Counted from the first letter of the stretch, positions 35,701 through 49,838 are shown. The stretch: 64,000 nt of DNA from Squalus acanthias (GCA_030390025.1 JASTWF010000034.1:2356001-2420000), one strand, 5' to 3'. Translations and numbers: made by a program. Notes: generated from the sequence alone by a model not told the origin.

Positions 35701-38296
35701 ATGGGACAGTGCAGAGAGCTTTAATCTTTATATAACCGTGCTGTTATTGCCCGGGGAATGTTTGATGGGACAGTGCAGAGAGCTTTAATCTTTATATAAC
35801 CCGTGCTGTTATTGCCCTGGGAATGTTTGATGGGACAGTGCAGAGAGCTTTAATCTTTATATAACCCGTGCTGTTATTGCCCTGGGAATGTTTGATGGGA
35901 CAGTGCAGAGAGCTTTAATCTTTATATAACCCGTGCTGTTATTGCCCTGGGAATGTTTGATGGGACAGTGCAGAGAGCTTTAATCTTTATATAACCCGTG
36001 CTGTTATTGCCCTGGGAATGTTTGATGGGACAGTGCAGAGAGCTTTAATCTTTATATAACCCGTGCTGTTATTGCCCTGGAATGTTTGATGGGACAGTGC
36101 AGAGAGCTTTAATCTTTATATAACCCGTGCTGTTATTGCCCAGGGAATGTTTGATGGGACAGTGCAGAGAGCTTTAATCTTTATATAACCCGTGCTGTTA
36201 TTGCCCGGGGAATGTTCGATGGGACAGTGCAGAGAGCTTTAATCTTTATATAACCCGTGCTGTTATTGCCCTGGGAATGTTTGATGGGACAGTGCAGAGA
36301 GCTTTAATCTTAAAAAACCCGTGCTGTTATTGCCCGGGGAATGTTTGTTGGGACAGTGCAGAGAGCTTTAATCTTTATATAACCCGTGCTGTTATTGCCC
36401 GGGGAATGTTTGATGGGACAGTGCAGAGAGCTTTAATCTTTATATAACCCGTGCTGTTATTGCCCGGGGAATGTTTGATGGGACAGTGCAGAGAGCTTTA
36501 ATCTTTATATAACCCGTGCTGTTATTGCCCTGGGAATGTTTGATGGGACAGTGCAGAGAGCTTTAATCTTTATATAACCCGTGCTGTTATTGCCCTGGGA
36601 ATGTTTGATGGGACAGTGCAGAGAGCTTTAATCTTTATATAACCCGTGCTGTTATTGCCCTGGGAATGTTTGATGGGACAGTGCAGAGAGCTTTAATCTT
36701 TATATAACCCGTGCTGTTATTGCCCGGGGAATGTTTGATGGACAGTGCAGAGAGCTTTAATCTTTATACAACCGTGTTGTTATTGCCCGGGGAATGTTTG
36801 ACTGGGACAGTGCAGAGAGCTTTAATCTTTATATAACCCGTGCTGTTATTGCCCGGGGAATGTTTGATGGGACAGTGCAGAGAGCTTTAATCTTTATATA
36901 ACCCGTGCTGTTATTGCCCGGGGAATGTTTGATGGGACAGTGCAGAGAGCTTTAATCTTTATATAACCCGTGCTGTTATTGCCCTGGAAATGTTTGATGG
37001 GACAGTGCAGAGAGCTTTAATCTTTATATAACCCGTGCTGTTATTGCCCGGGAATGTTTGATGGGACAGTGCAGAGAGCTTTAATCTTTATGTAACCCGT
37101 GCTGTTATTGCCCGGGGAATGTTCGATGGGACAGTGCAGAGAGCTTTAATCTTTATATAACCCGTGCTGTTATTGCCCTGGGAATGTTTGATGGGACAGT
37201 GCTGAGAGCTTTAATCTTCATATAACCCGTGCTGTTATTGCCCGGGGAATGTTTGATGGGACAGTGCAGAGAGCTTTAATCTTTATATAACCCGTGCTGT
37301 TATTGCCCGGGGAATGTTTGATGGGACAGTGCAGAGAGCTTTAATCTTTATATAACCCGTGCTGTTATTGCCCGGGGAATGTTTGATGGGACAGTGCAGA
37401 GAGCTTTAATCTTTATATAACCCGTGCTGTTATTGCCCGGGGAATGTTTGATGGGACAGTGCAGAGAGCTTTAATCTTTATATAACCCGTGCTGTTATTG
37501 CCCTGGGAATGTTTGATGGGACAGTGCAGAGAGCTTTAATCTTTATATAACCCGTGCTGTTATTGCCCTGGGAATGTTTGATGGGACAGTGCAGAGAGCT
37601 TTAATCTTTATATAACCCGTGCTGTTATTGCCCGGGGAATGTTTGATGGGACAGTGCAGAGAGCTTTAATCTTTATATAACCCGTGCTGTTATTGCCCGG
37701 GGAATGTTTGATGGGACAGTGCAGAGAGCTTTAATCTTTATATAACCCGTGCTGTTATTGCCCTGGGAATGTTTGATGGGACAGTGCAGAGAGCTTTAAT
37801 CTTTATATAACCCGTGCTGTTATTGCTCTGGGAATGTTTGATGGGACAGTGCAGAGAGCTTTAATCTTTATATAACCCGTGCTGTTATTGCCCTGGGAAT
37901 GTTTGATGGGACAGTGCAGAGAGCTTTAATCTTTATATAACCCGTGCTGTTATTGCCCTGGGAATGTTTGATGGGACAGTGCAGAGAGCTTTAATCTTTA
38001 TATAACCCGTGCTGTTATTGCCCTGGGAATGTTTGATGGGACAGTGCAGAGAGCTTTAATCTTTATATAACCCGTGCTGTTATTGCCCTGGCAATGTTTG
38101 ATGGGACAGTGCAGATGGAGCATTACTTTGCATCCCGGGTGTTTGGGTATTGGGCCCCTTCGCCCGCTCCAGCTCGCTGTGCGGCCTGTGAATTTAAGTG
38201 TGCAGGATCTTACAGATCGCCACGCGGCCCAGAACCTTCCAGGAAACATTTCTCAGCATGTCAGACTGCATCTGTGGAAAGAGAAACAGAGTCAAT

Positions 38297-39039
38297 GGGC
38301 CGAAAATTGATCCCGGGACGCGAGAGTACGCACTGCGTACTCTCGCGTATTCCCACTCCAATTGCCGGTTTTCTGCATGCCCTGCGCATGCGCTGAAAAC
38401 CGGCAATTGCTTTTCTGAAAAGGGGGCGGGTCCTGGGTGCATCGCGTGCGCGCTACAGGCTGCGCGCACGCTGTGCACTTCGTGCTTTGGACGCGCAGGT
38501 CAGTAGGGAAGATTTTGGAAATGTAAAAAGGAGGAGTAAGACCCGCTTTTAAGAAGGTAAGTAGTGAATTAAGTATTTTTTTGAATTTTTTTTTACAGGT
38601 ATATCTTTTTTATAGACTTTAAAGACAGGTAAGTTTATTTTTATAACATTTTAAAAGATTTTAAATTTTTTCAAAAATTTAATTTTTTATTTAAAATGGT
38701 TAATTTAATTAACTATACTTATTTTATTAATGTGATGGTTTTTTTTTAAATTTAATTGAGGTTTAGCTGTTATTTTGGGGGGGTGTAAGATTCATAGATT
38801 TCACGGCAGGTCTGTGAAACTTATGAATGGAAGTTGGTGTGCTGCCATTGGCTCTAACTGAGTCACGTGATCCCACAGCTCGCACGAATTCACTACGCCG
38901 CTGGGATACGCAAGCCCAGCACAGCTGATGTCTGGAACATCAAGTTCGTGCGAGCTGGATCTGAAAAAGCACAAGCGAGGTGAGACAGCGCGGGGAAGGC
39001 TTACCCCCGCGGGAACAGAGCGAGATCAATTTCTGGGCC
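38297..39039 (-). mobile_element. MITE copy 3
   Basis: Very similar to reverse complement of 178-919; flanks AAT/ATT; empty paralogous sites GTC-AAT-GTTTCAGG at ~22161 and ~31353. Confidence 0.93.
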
Positions 39040-39159
39040 ATTGTTTCAGGTCGATGACCTTTCATCAGAACTGGAAATGTTACAGATGTAACAGATTTTA
39101 AGCATGTATAGAGGCAGGGAAAGTGGGGGATGGGAGGAAAGAACAAAAGGGAAGGTCTG

Positions 39160-41115
39160 TGTTGTACCTGCCCTGGGTGTATTTGGTGGGATTGGGTAGC
39201 GGGAGCTTTACTCGTGCTGTACTTGCCTTGGGAGAATTTGATTGCACAGTGCAGAGGGAGATCTACCCTATACCTAACAACTGCTGCAGCTGCTGTGGAA
39301 ATGTTTGATGAGGCAGTGTAGAAGTAGATTTAACCTGTATCTAACCCATGCTCTACCTGCTCTTGGAGTATTTGATGGTGCAGTGTAGAAGTAGATTTAA
39401 CCTGTATCTAACCCAAGCTGTACCTGCTCTTGAAGCATTTGATGGGACAGTGTAGAAGAAGATTTAACCTGTATCTAACCCATGCTGTACCTGCTCTTGG
39501 AGCATTTGATGGGGCAGTGTAGAAGAAGATTTAACCTGTATCTAACCCATGCTGTACCTGCTCTTGGAGTACTGGATGAGGGAGTGTAGAAGTAGATTTA
39601 ACCTGTATCTAACTCATGCTGTACCTGCTCTTGGAGTATTTGATGGGGCAGTGTAGAAGTAGATTTAGCCTGTATCTAACCCATGCTGTACCTGCTCTTG
39701 GAGTATTTGATGAGGCAGTGTAGAAGTATATTTAACCTGTATCTAACTAATGCTGTACCTGCTCTTGGAGTATTTGATGGGAGAGTATAGAAGGAACTTT
39801 AATCTATTACATTACATAGTATTTACAGCACAGAAACAGGCCATTCGGCCCAACACGTCAATGCCGGTGGTTCTGCTCCACACGAGCCTCCTCCCACCCT
39901 ACTTCATCGCACATCCTTCTATTCCTTTCTCCCTCATGTACTGATCCAGCTTCCCCTAAAATGCACTGATGTTATTCGCCTCAACTACTCCATGTGGCAG
40001 CGACTTCCACATTCTCACCACTCGCTGGGTAAAGATGTTTCTCCTGAATTCTTTGTTGGATTTATTAGTGACTATCTTATATTTTTGGCCATTAAATCAT
40101 CAAAGCCCTGTACCTGCCCTGGGAGTGTTTGTTGGGAGCGTGTAGAGGGAGCTTTACTCTGTGTCTAACCTCGTGCTGTACCTGGCCTGGGAGTGTTTGA
40201 TGGGGCAGTGTAGAGGGAGCTTTACTCTGTATCTAACCCGTGCTGTACCTGCCCTGGAAGTGTTTGATGGGACAGTGTAGAGGGGGCTTTACTCTGTATC
40301 TAACCCGTGCTGTACCTGCCCTGGGAGTGTTTGATGGGACAGTGTAGAGGGGGCTTTACTCTGTATCTGACCCGTGCTGTACCTGCTCTGGGAGTGTTAG
40401 ATGGGACAGTGTAGAGGGAGTTTACTCTCTATCTAACCCGTGCTGTACCTGCCCTGGGAGTGTTTGATGGGACAGTGTGGATGGAGCTTTACTCTGTATC
40501 TGACCCGTGCTGTACCTGCCCTGGGAGTGTTTGACGGGACAGTGTAGATGGAGCTTTACTCTGTATCTAACCCGTGCTGTACCTGCCCTGGGACTGTTTG
40601 ATGGAACAGTGTAGAGGGAGCTATACTCTGTATCTAACCCGTGCTGTACCTGCCCTGGGAGTGTTTGATGGACAGTGTCGAGGGAGCTTTACTCTGTATC
40701 TAGCCCATGCTGTACCTGCCCCGGGAGTTTTTGATTGGACAGTGCAGAGGGAGCTTTACTCTGTAACTAACCCATGCTGTACCTGCCCTGGGAGTGTCTG
40801 ATGGGACAGTGTAGAGGGAGCTTTACTCTGTATCTAACCCGTGCTGTACCTGACCTGGGAGTGTTTGATGGGACAGTGCAGAGGGAGCTTTACTCTGTAT
40901 CTAACCCATGCTGTACCTGACCTGGGAGTGTTTCATGGGACAGTGCAGAGGGAGCTTTACTCTGTATCTAACCCGTGCTGTACCTGACCTGGGAGAATTT
41001 GATGGGTCATTGACTCTGTATCCAACCCCTGTTATAGCTGTCCTGGGAGTGTTTGATGGCGCCAGTATAAGACAGCTGTACTCTGTTTCTAACCCGTATT
41101 GTACCTGCCTGTGAG
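39160..41115. repeat. Diverged subfamilies of the 65-bp satellite
   Basis: 39300-39800 variant (GCTCTTGGAGTATTTGATG...AGAAGTAGATTTAACCTGTATCTAACCCAT) and 40110-41110 variant (GCCCTGGGAGTGTTTGATGGGACAGTGTAGAGGGAGCTTTACTCTGTATCTAACCCGT). Confidence 0.9.
39808..40092 (-). mobile_element. CR1-type LINE 3' fragment
   Basis: TACAGCACAGAAACAGGCCATTCGGCCC tail and CCACATTCTCACCACTCGCTGGGT ORF2-end sequence. Confidence 0.7.
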
Positions 41116-41329
41116 TGTAACCCACAGCACCAGCGGCTTTTAAACCCCCTGGCTGTCTTCCGCCCTGCCGTTTATCCCCCCCATCTGTATCTCTAACTCC
41201 CTGATCCCCTTGATCTGCCCGTTTTTATCCCCCCCTGTTAATTCATCCCCTCCGCTGTGTCTAATCACCCAGTTTATCTCCATCACCCCTGTAAAATATC
41301 CCCGCATACGACGCCCTGTGTAATGCCCG

Positions 41330-43140
41330 TGATACTCTCCTCCACACCCCTGTATAATAACTGTGTATAATAGACCCGTGACACCCCCTATAAATTATAC
41401 CGTGACTCCCCCTATAAACTATACGCATGACACCCCCCTGTATACTATACCCGTGACACCCCCCGTATACTATACCCCAGTGTCACTCCATCGTATAATA
41501 TACCCCTCTGACACAACCTCTATACTATACCTGTGACACTCCCCGGTATACTATACCCCTATGATACCAACGCTATACTATACCTGTGACACACCAGTAT
41601 ACTATAGCCGTGACAATCCCCTGTATACTATACCCCCGTGACACCCCCTGTATACTATACCCATGACACCCCCCTGTACTCTATACCCGTGTCACCCCCC
41701 TGTATACTATACCCGTGACACCGCCCTGTATACTATACCCGTGACACCCCCGTGTATACTATGCCCGTGACACCCCCCTAAATACTATACACGTGACCAC
41801 CCCCGTATACTATAGCCCTGTGACACCACCCACGTATATTATACCCGTAACACCCGCCTGTATAATATACCCGTGACACCCCTCTGTAAACTATACCCGT
41901 GACACCCTCCTAAATACTATACCCGAGACAACCCCCGTATACTATAGCCCTGTGACACCACCCATGTATATTATACCCGTAACAATCCCCTGTATACTAT
42001 ACCCGTGACACCCCCATGTATACTACACCCGTGACACGCCACTGCATACTATAACCATGTGACACCACCCTGTATACTACAGCCGTGACAAGCCCTTGTA
42101 TAATATAACCGTGACACGCCCCTGTGACACGCCACTGCATACTATAACCCAGTGACACCCCCTGTATACTACACCCGTGAAACACCCCTGTATACTACAC
42201 ACGTGACTCCCACCTGTACACTATAACCCTGTGAGACTCCCCCTTAATACTATACCCGTGACACCCCCGTACACTATACCGCTGTAACATCCCCCCTGTA
42301 TACTATACCACTGTGACACACCCCTGTAAACTACACCCGTGACAGTCCCCTGTATACTATACCAGTGACACCCCCTGTATACTATACCCCTGTGACACCA
42401 CCCCTGTATACTATACCAGTGACACCCCCAGTATACTATACCCCTGTGACATCACCCCTGTATAATATACACGTGACACTCCCCTGTATACCATAGCAGT
42501 GACACCCCCTGTAGACAATACCCCTGTGACACACCCCTGTATACTATACCCGTGACATCCCCTGTATACAATACCCCTGTGACACATCTCTGTATACTAT
42601 ACCCGTTACACAACCCCTGTATAATATAGCTCTGTGACACCACCCACCTATACTATACCCGTGACACCCCCTGTACACTATACCCGTGGCATGCCACTGT
42701 GTACTATACCCGTGACATTCCACTGTACACTATACCCGTGACACGCAACTGTACACTACACCCGTGACACGCCACTGTATACTATAACCCTGTGACACCC
42801 CCCTGTGTACTACACCCACTGTACATTATAACCCTGTGACACTCCCCCTGTATACTATACCTGTGACACCACCTGTATACTATACCTCTGTGACACCCAC
42901 CCCTGTTTTATTTAATTTTAAATAAAACTGTTGGACTATAACCTGGTGTTGTGCGAGTTCTCATTTTTGTACACCCACCCCTGTATACCATCTCCCAGTG
43001 ACAGTCACCCTGTATACTTTACCACTGTGACACACCTGTCTACTAGACCCCGGCGACACCCCCTGTATCCTATATCCCTGTGACAATCCCCTGTATTGTA
43101 TACACACGTGATACCCACTGTATACTATACCCCTGTGACA
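41330..43140. repeat. Degenerate ~25-28-bp C-rich minisatellite
   Basis: Consensus TATACTATACCCGTGACACCCCCTG; a short Penelope-like tail (AATAAAACTGTTGGACTATAACCTGGTGTTGTG) sits at ~42905-42970. Confidence 0.9.
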
Positions 43141-46100
43141 CGGGAGAGTTCAAAAGCAGCGGGAACAGAGCGAGAGCGCCAAAACCCGGGAGAGTTCAAA
43201 AGCAGCGGGAACAGAGCGAGAGCGCCAAAACCCAGGAGAGTTCAAAACCCAGGAGCAGAGCGAGAGAGCCAAAACCCGGGAGAGTTCAAACCCCGGGAAC
43301 AGAGCGAGAGAGTCCAAACCCGGGAGAGTTCAAAAGTAGCGGGAGCAGAGCGAGAGCGCCAAAACCCGGGAGAGTTCAAAACCCGGGAACAGAGCGAGAG
43401 CGCCAAAACTCGGGAGAGTTCAAAACCCGGCAGACGCTGAGATACAACGGACCGGTGAGTGTAAACAAGTAAAAAGTAATCGAAGTGTGACGTCATCAGA
43501 AAGCAGTTAAGTGATTGGTTGGTCAGTATTTCTCTATTTCTCGCTTTTTTCCCCAAACTTGAGCGTCTAAATTTAAGTGCTTTGATGTAGATTAAAAGAT
43601 ATATGCGTTCCAAATTTTAAAACGAATTAATTAATTGAGTTGGGAGACTAGGCAATGTGTTGTTGTTGTTGCATGTGGGAGCTCGTGGACACCATTGAGT
43701 CCCAGGGCGACCACATCTGCAGCAAATGTTGACTGCTCGATAAACTTCGGCTTCGATTTGAAGAGCTGGAGTCCGAGCTTCAGACACTGCGACACATCAG
43801 GGAGGGGGAGCGTTTCCTGGACACTATGTTCCAGGAGGCAGTCACACCCACTAGAATAATTACTTTCAATTTGGCCCATGGTCAGGGACAGGAGGGTGTG
43901 ACTACAAGCGAGGCAGGTATTGGGTTCCAGGAGGAAGTGGTGGAGGAGCCTCAGCCCTCGGCCTTGTCCTACAGGTGGGAGATTCTTGCTCCCTGTGTGG
44001 ACGAGGCCAGGGACGGCAGGGAGGATGAGCAAACTGACCACAGCACCGTGGTACATGGAGCCATTCAAGTGGGGGGAGCAAAAAGAAATATTGTAGTGAT
44101 TGGTGACAGTATAGTGAGGGGGATAGACACTGTTCTCTGCAGCCGAGAGCGTGAGTCCCGAAGGCTGTGTTGCCTGCCCGGTGCCAGGGTTAAGTACATC
44201 TCCTCTGGGCTGGAGAGACACTTGGAGTGGGAGGGGGAAGATCCAGTTGTCCTGGTCCACGTAGGTACCAATGATATAGGTAGGACAAAGAAAGAGGTTC
44301 TGCTGAGAGAGTATGAGCTGCTAGGGTCTAAATTATAAAGTACAACCACAAAGGTAATAATCTCTGAATTACTACCTGAGCCACGAGCGAATTTGCACAG
44401 GGTAAATAAGATCAGGGAAATGAACGCGTGGCTCAAAGACTGGTGTGGGAGAAATGGGTTTCGATTTGTGGGGCACTGGCATCAGTACTGGGATAAGAGG
44501 GAGCTCTTCCGTTTGGACGGGCTTCACTTGAACCATGCTGGGGCTAGAGTCCTGGCAAATCGAATAACTAGGGCTGTAAACAAAATAGTCGGTGGGAGGA
44601 TCCAGGTGGGCGGGAAAATGAAAAGTCAATGAGAAATGAGAATGCAAAGGAGCAGGCTAGAAATGGGGGAAATAATAACCAGAGTATGACAGGAACATAG
44701 AACATAGAACATAGAACAGTACAGCACAGTTCAGGCCCTTCGGCCCTCGATGTTGTGCCGAGGAAGGGACAGAATGTTTAAAAATAAGAGTGTAACATAA
44801 AAAAGGTCAAAACAAGGAAAAATGGTGAAAAGACAAAGTTAAAAGCTGTATATCTGAATGCTCGCAGCATTCGTAACAATTTAAATGAGTTGACGGCACA
44901 AATAGATACAACTGGGTATGATCTGATGGCCATTGCAGAGACTTGGTTGCAAGGCGACCAGGACTGGGAACTGAATATTCCAGGGTATATGATAATTCGG
45001 AAGGATAGAAAGAAAGGAAAGGGAGGTGGGGTGGCTTTGTTGGTAAACAATGGGATTAGTGCAGTGGTGAGAAGTGATATTGGCTCAGAAGATCAAGATG
45101 TAGAATCGGTTTGGGTGAAGATAAAAAAATTAAGGGGAAAATGTCTCTGGTGGGCGTAATCTTCAGGCCCCCGAACAGTAGCAATGCTGTTGGACAGAGT
45201 ATAAATCTACAAATAATGGAGGCCTGTAAAAATGGTCCGGTAATAATCATGGGTGATTTTAATCTCCATATTGATTGGACAAATCAAATTGGCCATTGAA
45301 GCCTGGAGGAGGAGTTCATAGAGTGTATCCGGGATGTTTTCCGAGAACAGTATGTAATGGCACCAACCAGGGATCAGGCTATCTTGGATCAGGTACTAGG
45401 TAATGAAACAGAATTAATAAATTATCTCATAGTAAAGGATCCTCTAGGAAAGAGTGATCATAGAATGGTTGAATTTGAAATTCCGTTGGAGGGTGAGAAA
45501 GTTGTGTACCACACCAGTGTCCTGATCTTAAACAAAGGCAATTATAATGGCATGAGGGCAGAACTGGCTAAAGCGGACTTGAAAACCAAATTAAAGGGTA
45601 AGAAGGTTGAAATGCAGTGGCGGACATTTAAGGAGATATTTCACAACTCTCAACAAAAATATATTCCACTGAAAAAGAAAGATTTTAAGAGAAGGGAGCA
45701 CCATTCGTGGCAAACTAAGGAAGTAAAGGATGGCATCAAATTGAAAACGAAGGCATAAAATGTTGCCAAGATTGGTGGGAGACCAGAGGATTGGGAAAAT
45801 TTTAAAAACCAACAAAGGATGACTAAAAAAGTAATAAATAGAGAGAAGATGAATTATGAGAGTAAGCTGGCAAGAAACATTAAAACAGATAGTAAGAGCT
45901 TCTACAGGTATATAAAAAGGAAGAGGGTAGCTAAAGTAAACGTTGTTCCCTTAGAGGACGAGACTTGGGAATTAATAATGGGGAACGGGGTAATGGGCGA
46001 GGCTCTGAACAAATATTTTGCATCGCTCTTCACTTTAGAAGACACTCACAACATCCCAATAATGGATAATCAAGGGGCCAAAGGGAGTGGAGAACTAAGG

Positions 46101-47682
46101 ACAATCACTATCACTAAGGAAACAGTACTCGGTAAAATAATGGGACTAAAAGACGACAAGTCCCCTGGAACAGATGACATGCATCCCAGAGTCTTAAAAG
46201 AAGTGGCTGCAGAGATACTGGATGCATTGGTTGCAATATCCCAAAATTTCCTGGACTCTGGAGAGGTCCCAGCGGATTGGAAAACGTCTAATGTAACACC
46301 GCTATTTAAGAAAGTAGGGAGAAGGAAAGCAGGAATCTATAGAACAGTTAGCCTAACATCTGTCGTTGGGAAAATGCTGGAGTTCTTCATTAAGGAAGCA
46401 GTAGCAGGGCATTTAGAAAAATATACTGCAGTCAAAGTTGCTAGAGTTCTTTGAGGATGTAACAAGCAGGGTGGACAAGAGTGAACCAGTATTTGGATTT
46501 CCAGAAGGCATTCGATAAGGTGCCACATAAAAGGTTACTGCAAAAGATAAGAGCTCACGGAGTTGGGGGTAATATATTAGCATGGATAGAGAATTGGCTA
46601 ACTAACAAAAAGCAGAGATTCGGGATAAATAGGTAATTTTCTGGTTGACAAACGGTAACTAGTGGGGTGCCACAAGGATCGGTGCTGGGGCCCCAACTAT
46701 TTATAATCTACATTAATGTCTTGGATGAAGGGATCGAGTGTAACGTAGCCAAGTTTGCGGATGATACAAAGATGAGTGGAAAAACAAGTTGTGCAGAGGA
46801 CTCAATGAATCTGCAAAGGGATATAGACAGGCTAGGTGAGTGGGCAAACATTTGGCAGATGGAGTATAATGTGGGAAAGTGCGAGGTTATCCACTTTGGC
46901 AGGAAAAATAAAAAAACAAACTATTATTTAAATGGAGAGAGTTTACAAAATGCTACAGTTCAGAGGGACCTGGGGGTGCTTGTGCATGAAACACAAAAAG
47001 TTAGCATGCAGCTAGAGCAAGTAATCAAAAAGGCAAATGGAATGTTGGCCTTTATTTCAAGGGGGTTGGAGTATAAAAGCAGGGAAGTCCTGCTACAACT
47101 GTACAAGGTATTGGTGAGACCACACCTTGAGTACTGCGTACAGCTTTGGTCTCCTTATGCAAGGAAGGATATACTTGCATTGGAGGCAGTTCAGAGACGA
47201 TTCACTAGGTTAATTCCAGAGATGAGGGGGTTGACTTATGAGGAAAGGTTGAGCAGGCTGGCCCTATACTGATTGGAATTTAGAAGAATGAGATGTGATC
47301 TTATCGAAACATATATTATACTGAGGGGCTCGACAGGTTAGATGCAGAGAGGATGTTTCCCCTCATGGGGAAACCTGGAACTCGGGGGCACAGTCAAAGA
47401 ATAAAAGGTCGCCCATTTAGAACTGAGATGAGGAGGAATTTCTTCTCTCAGAGGCTCGTAAATCTGTGCAATTCTCTGCCCAAGAGAACTGTGGAGGCTG
47501 GGTCACTAAATACATTTAAAGTGAAGACCGACACATTATTGCAAGATAAGGGAGTGAAGGGTTATGGGGAGCGGGCTGGGAAGTGGCTTTGATCCCATGA
47601 TCAGCCATGATATTATTGAATGGCGGAGCAGGCTCGAGGGGCCAAGTGGCCTATTCCTGCTCCTATTTCTTATGTTTTTCTT
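43141..47682 (+). mobile_element. Apparently full-length but inactivated CR1 LINE
   Basis: Tandem 5' UTR (43141-43430); ORF1 remnants (IVVIGDSIVRG, HVGTND, DGLHLN); ORF2 remnants (YLNARSI, AETWL, MGDFN, KSDH, PQGSVLGP, KFADDTK) with stops and frameshifts; CR1 3' tail. Confidence 0.93.
44696..44760 (-). mobile_element. 65-bp extreme 3' retroposon fragment inside the CR1
   Basis: (CATAGAA)n tail plus AGGCCCTTCGGCCCTCG; flanked by AGGAA direct repeats (44691-44695, 44761-44765). Confidence 0.7.
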
Positions 47683-48859
47683 AGGGTAATCAGAGCTCAG
47701 ATCAATCAAGGCTTTAAACTTTTCGAACAAATTAGATTTATTAACGTTAAAATACAACACGTTTTGCGACAGTGTTCGAACGTTCCCAGGCAAAGCTCTG
47801 AAATTTCCACTCCAACGCCTCTACCATTCGGATATCGCAGCTGCTTAAGTGCAGCGGGGGGGTCAGCTGAAATGTACAATTCGCGGATCCTGCACTGAGT
47901 GTTTAATCTCGGCAATGACCATTTCGCTGGTTTCGTGATATTCAATTTGCTGCAAATTCATTAAATTGAAAAGAGTCGCAGCGATCATTACAATAAACGA
48001 AACCCTCCGATATTGAAGAGTAGTATAACATGTTGAGAACAGTATCCAATATTGTGCAGGATGACGCAAATAAACAGCAGGGATATTGTGTTCTGCTCCC
48101 ACATGACACAGATCAACCTCAGGCTCTGCTGCCTGCCCGCCGGCTGCTGAAAACTTGTCTCCAGATGATAAACTGTTTCTAAACTGGAGCTAAAGATTCA
48201 GGATAGAGCCTAAAAACAGCGGGTGGGATCAAATATATAAAGCAGAAACAGCGTTAAATCACATATATTTCTCAATGTATGAATGTGACACTAAATGTGT
48301 TTAAATATAGTGGGGGGATTTAACACAGATTCGGGGCCAGTGGTTTCCAAGGTGATCTTAGCTGTGGCTCTTTTGCCTCTTTCTCCCTTCCTCCCACACG
48401 CTGCCGGTTTTCAACATTGTATTAAATCTCCTGCTCTGGGCCATTCAGCCCATTTTAATTTATCCCTCCAGAACAACCATAGTCTTCACCCCATTGCTCA
48501 ATCCAGTTGTTTCCTAAATCATTCCGGGGCTTTCACCACCATCTCTGGGCCTGGAGTCCATTGGAAGTATTGATCATTCTCCTGATATCAGTCCGAAATA
48601 GTTCACTTTTCAATTTGAGCTTCTTCCAACTTGTTCCTTCGCCCACAATGTAATTTGAATTATTATTCCGCACAAGTTACTAACTTGTTTATCTGTGTAA
48701 TACCATGTCACAGATGCTTCCATTCTAAGCTGATATGTCCAAGGTGTCGATTTTAACTCCAGCAAGTAAAACCCTCCTTGTTCTACAGGATCAGAGTGTG
48801 TCTGGTGCTGCTGCTCCCTCCTCTGGCCGCTGTATTGCAGCACCTGTTCCCTCTGCTGG

Positions 48860-49838
48860 ATGCTGTCTTGAATATTCGCAACGACTTAGCCTCCACAGCC
48901 CTCTGTAGTAGCGAATTCCAAATATTCACCATCCTCTGAGTTAAGAAATTTCTCCTCTTCTCAGTCCTAAGTGGCCAATCACTTATTCTGAGACTGTGAG
49001 CCCTGGTTCGAGACTCCCCAGCCAGAGGAAACATCCTCCCTGCATCTACCCTGTCAAACCCTGTCAGTATTTTCTATGTTTCAATGCGATCACCTCTCAT
49101 TCTTCTAACATCTAGAAAGTATAGCCCTAGTCTATTCAACCTCTCCTCATAGGACAATCACCGCATCCCAGTAACAATTCTGGTGAACCTTCGTTGCAGT
49201 CCCTGTATGACAAGTATATCCTTCTTTAGGTAAGGAGACCAAAACTGTACACAATACCCCAGGTGTGGTCTCACCAAGGCCCTATATAATTGCAGTAAGA
49301 CGTCTTTACACTTATACTCAAATCCACTTGTAATAAAGGCTAACATACCATTTGTTTTCCTAAGTGCTTGCTCTACCTGCAGGTTAGCTTTCAGTGATCC
49401 GTGTACAAGAACACCCGAATCCCTGTGAACAACAACATTTTCCAATCTCTCTCCAGTTAATAAATACTCTGCTTTTCTATTTTCCTACCAAAGTGGATAA
49501 TTTCACATTTCTCCACATAATAATCGATTTGCCTTGTTCTTGCCCACTCACATCGCCTGTCTATATCCCCTTGAAGCCTCCTTGCATCCACTCACATCCT
49601 GCATTCCCACCCAGCTTTGTATCATCAGCAAACTTGGATACATTACATTTGGTCTCCTCGTCCAAATCAATGATATAAATTGTGAATAGCTGAGGCCCAA
49701 GCACTGATCATTGCGGTACCCCATTAGTTACAGCCTGCCAAACCGAAAATGATCCATTTATTCCTACTCTCTGTTTTGTGTCCGATAGCCAATCCTCAAA
49801 CCATGCTAATATATTACCCCCAGTCCCATGAGCCCTAA
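48860..49838 (-). mobile_element. Decayed CR1 RT / 3' fragment
   Basis: LYRALVRPHLGYCVQFW, KFADDTK and RRNFLTQR on the minus strand. Confidence 0.9.

Larger units (their letters stand above)
21619..38117. repeat. Homogeneous 65-bp satellite array (~16.5 kb, over 200 units)
   Basis: Unit GGGACAGTGCAGAGAGCTTTAATCTTTATATAACCCGTGCTGTTATTGCCCTGGGAATGTTTGAT; interrupted at ~21990-22570, ~31180-31760 and 32537-32703. Confidence 0.98.

Noticed and set aside
21619..38117. CRISPR-like regular repeat array
   Set aside because: Head-to-tail identical units with no unique spacers, no cas genes, vertebrate context; it is a satellite.
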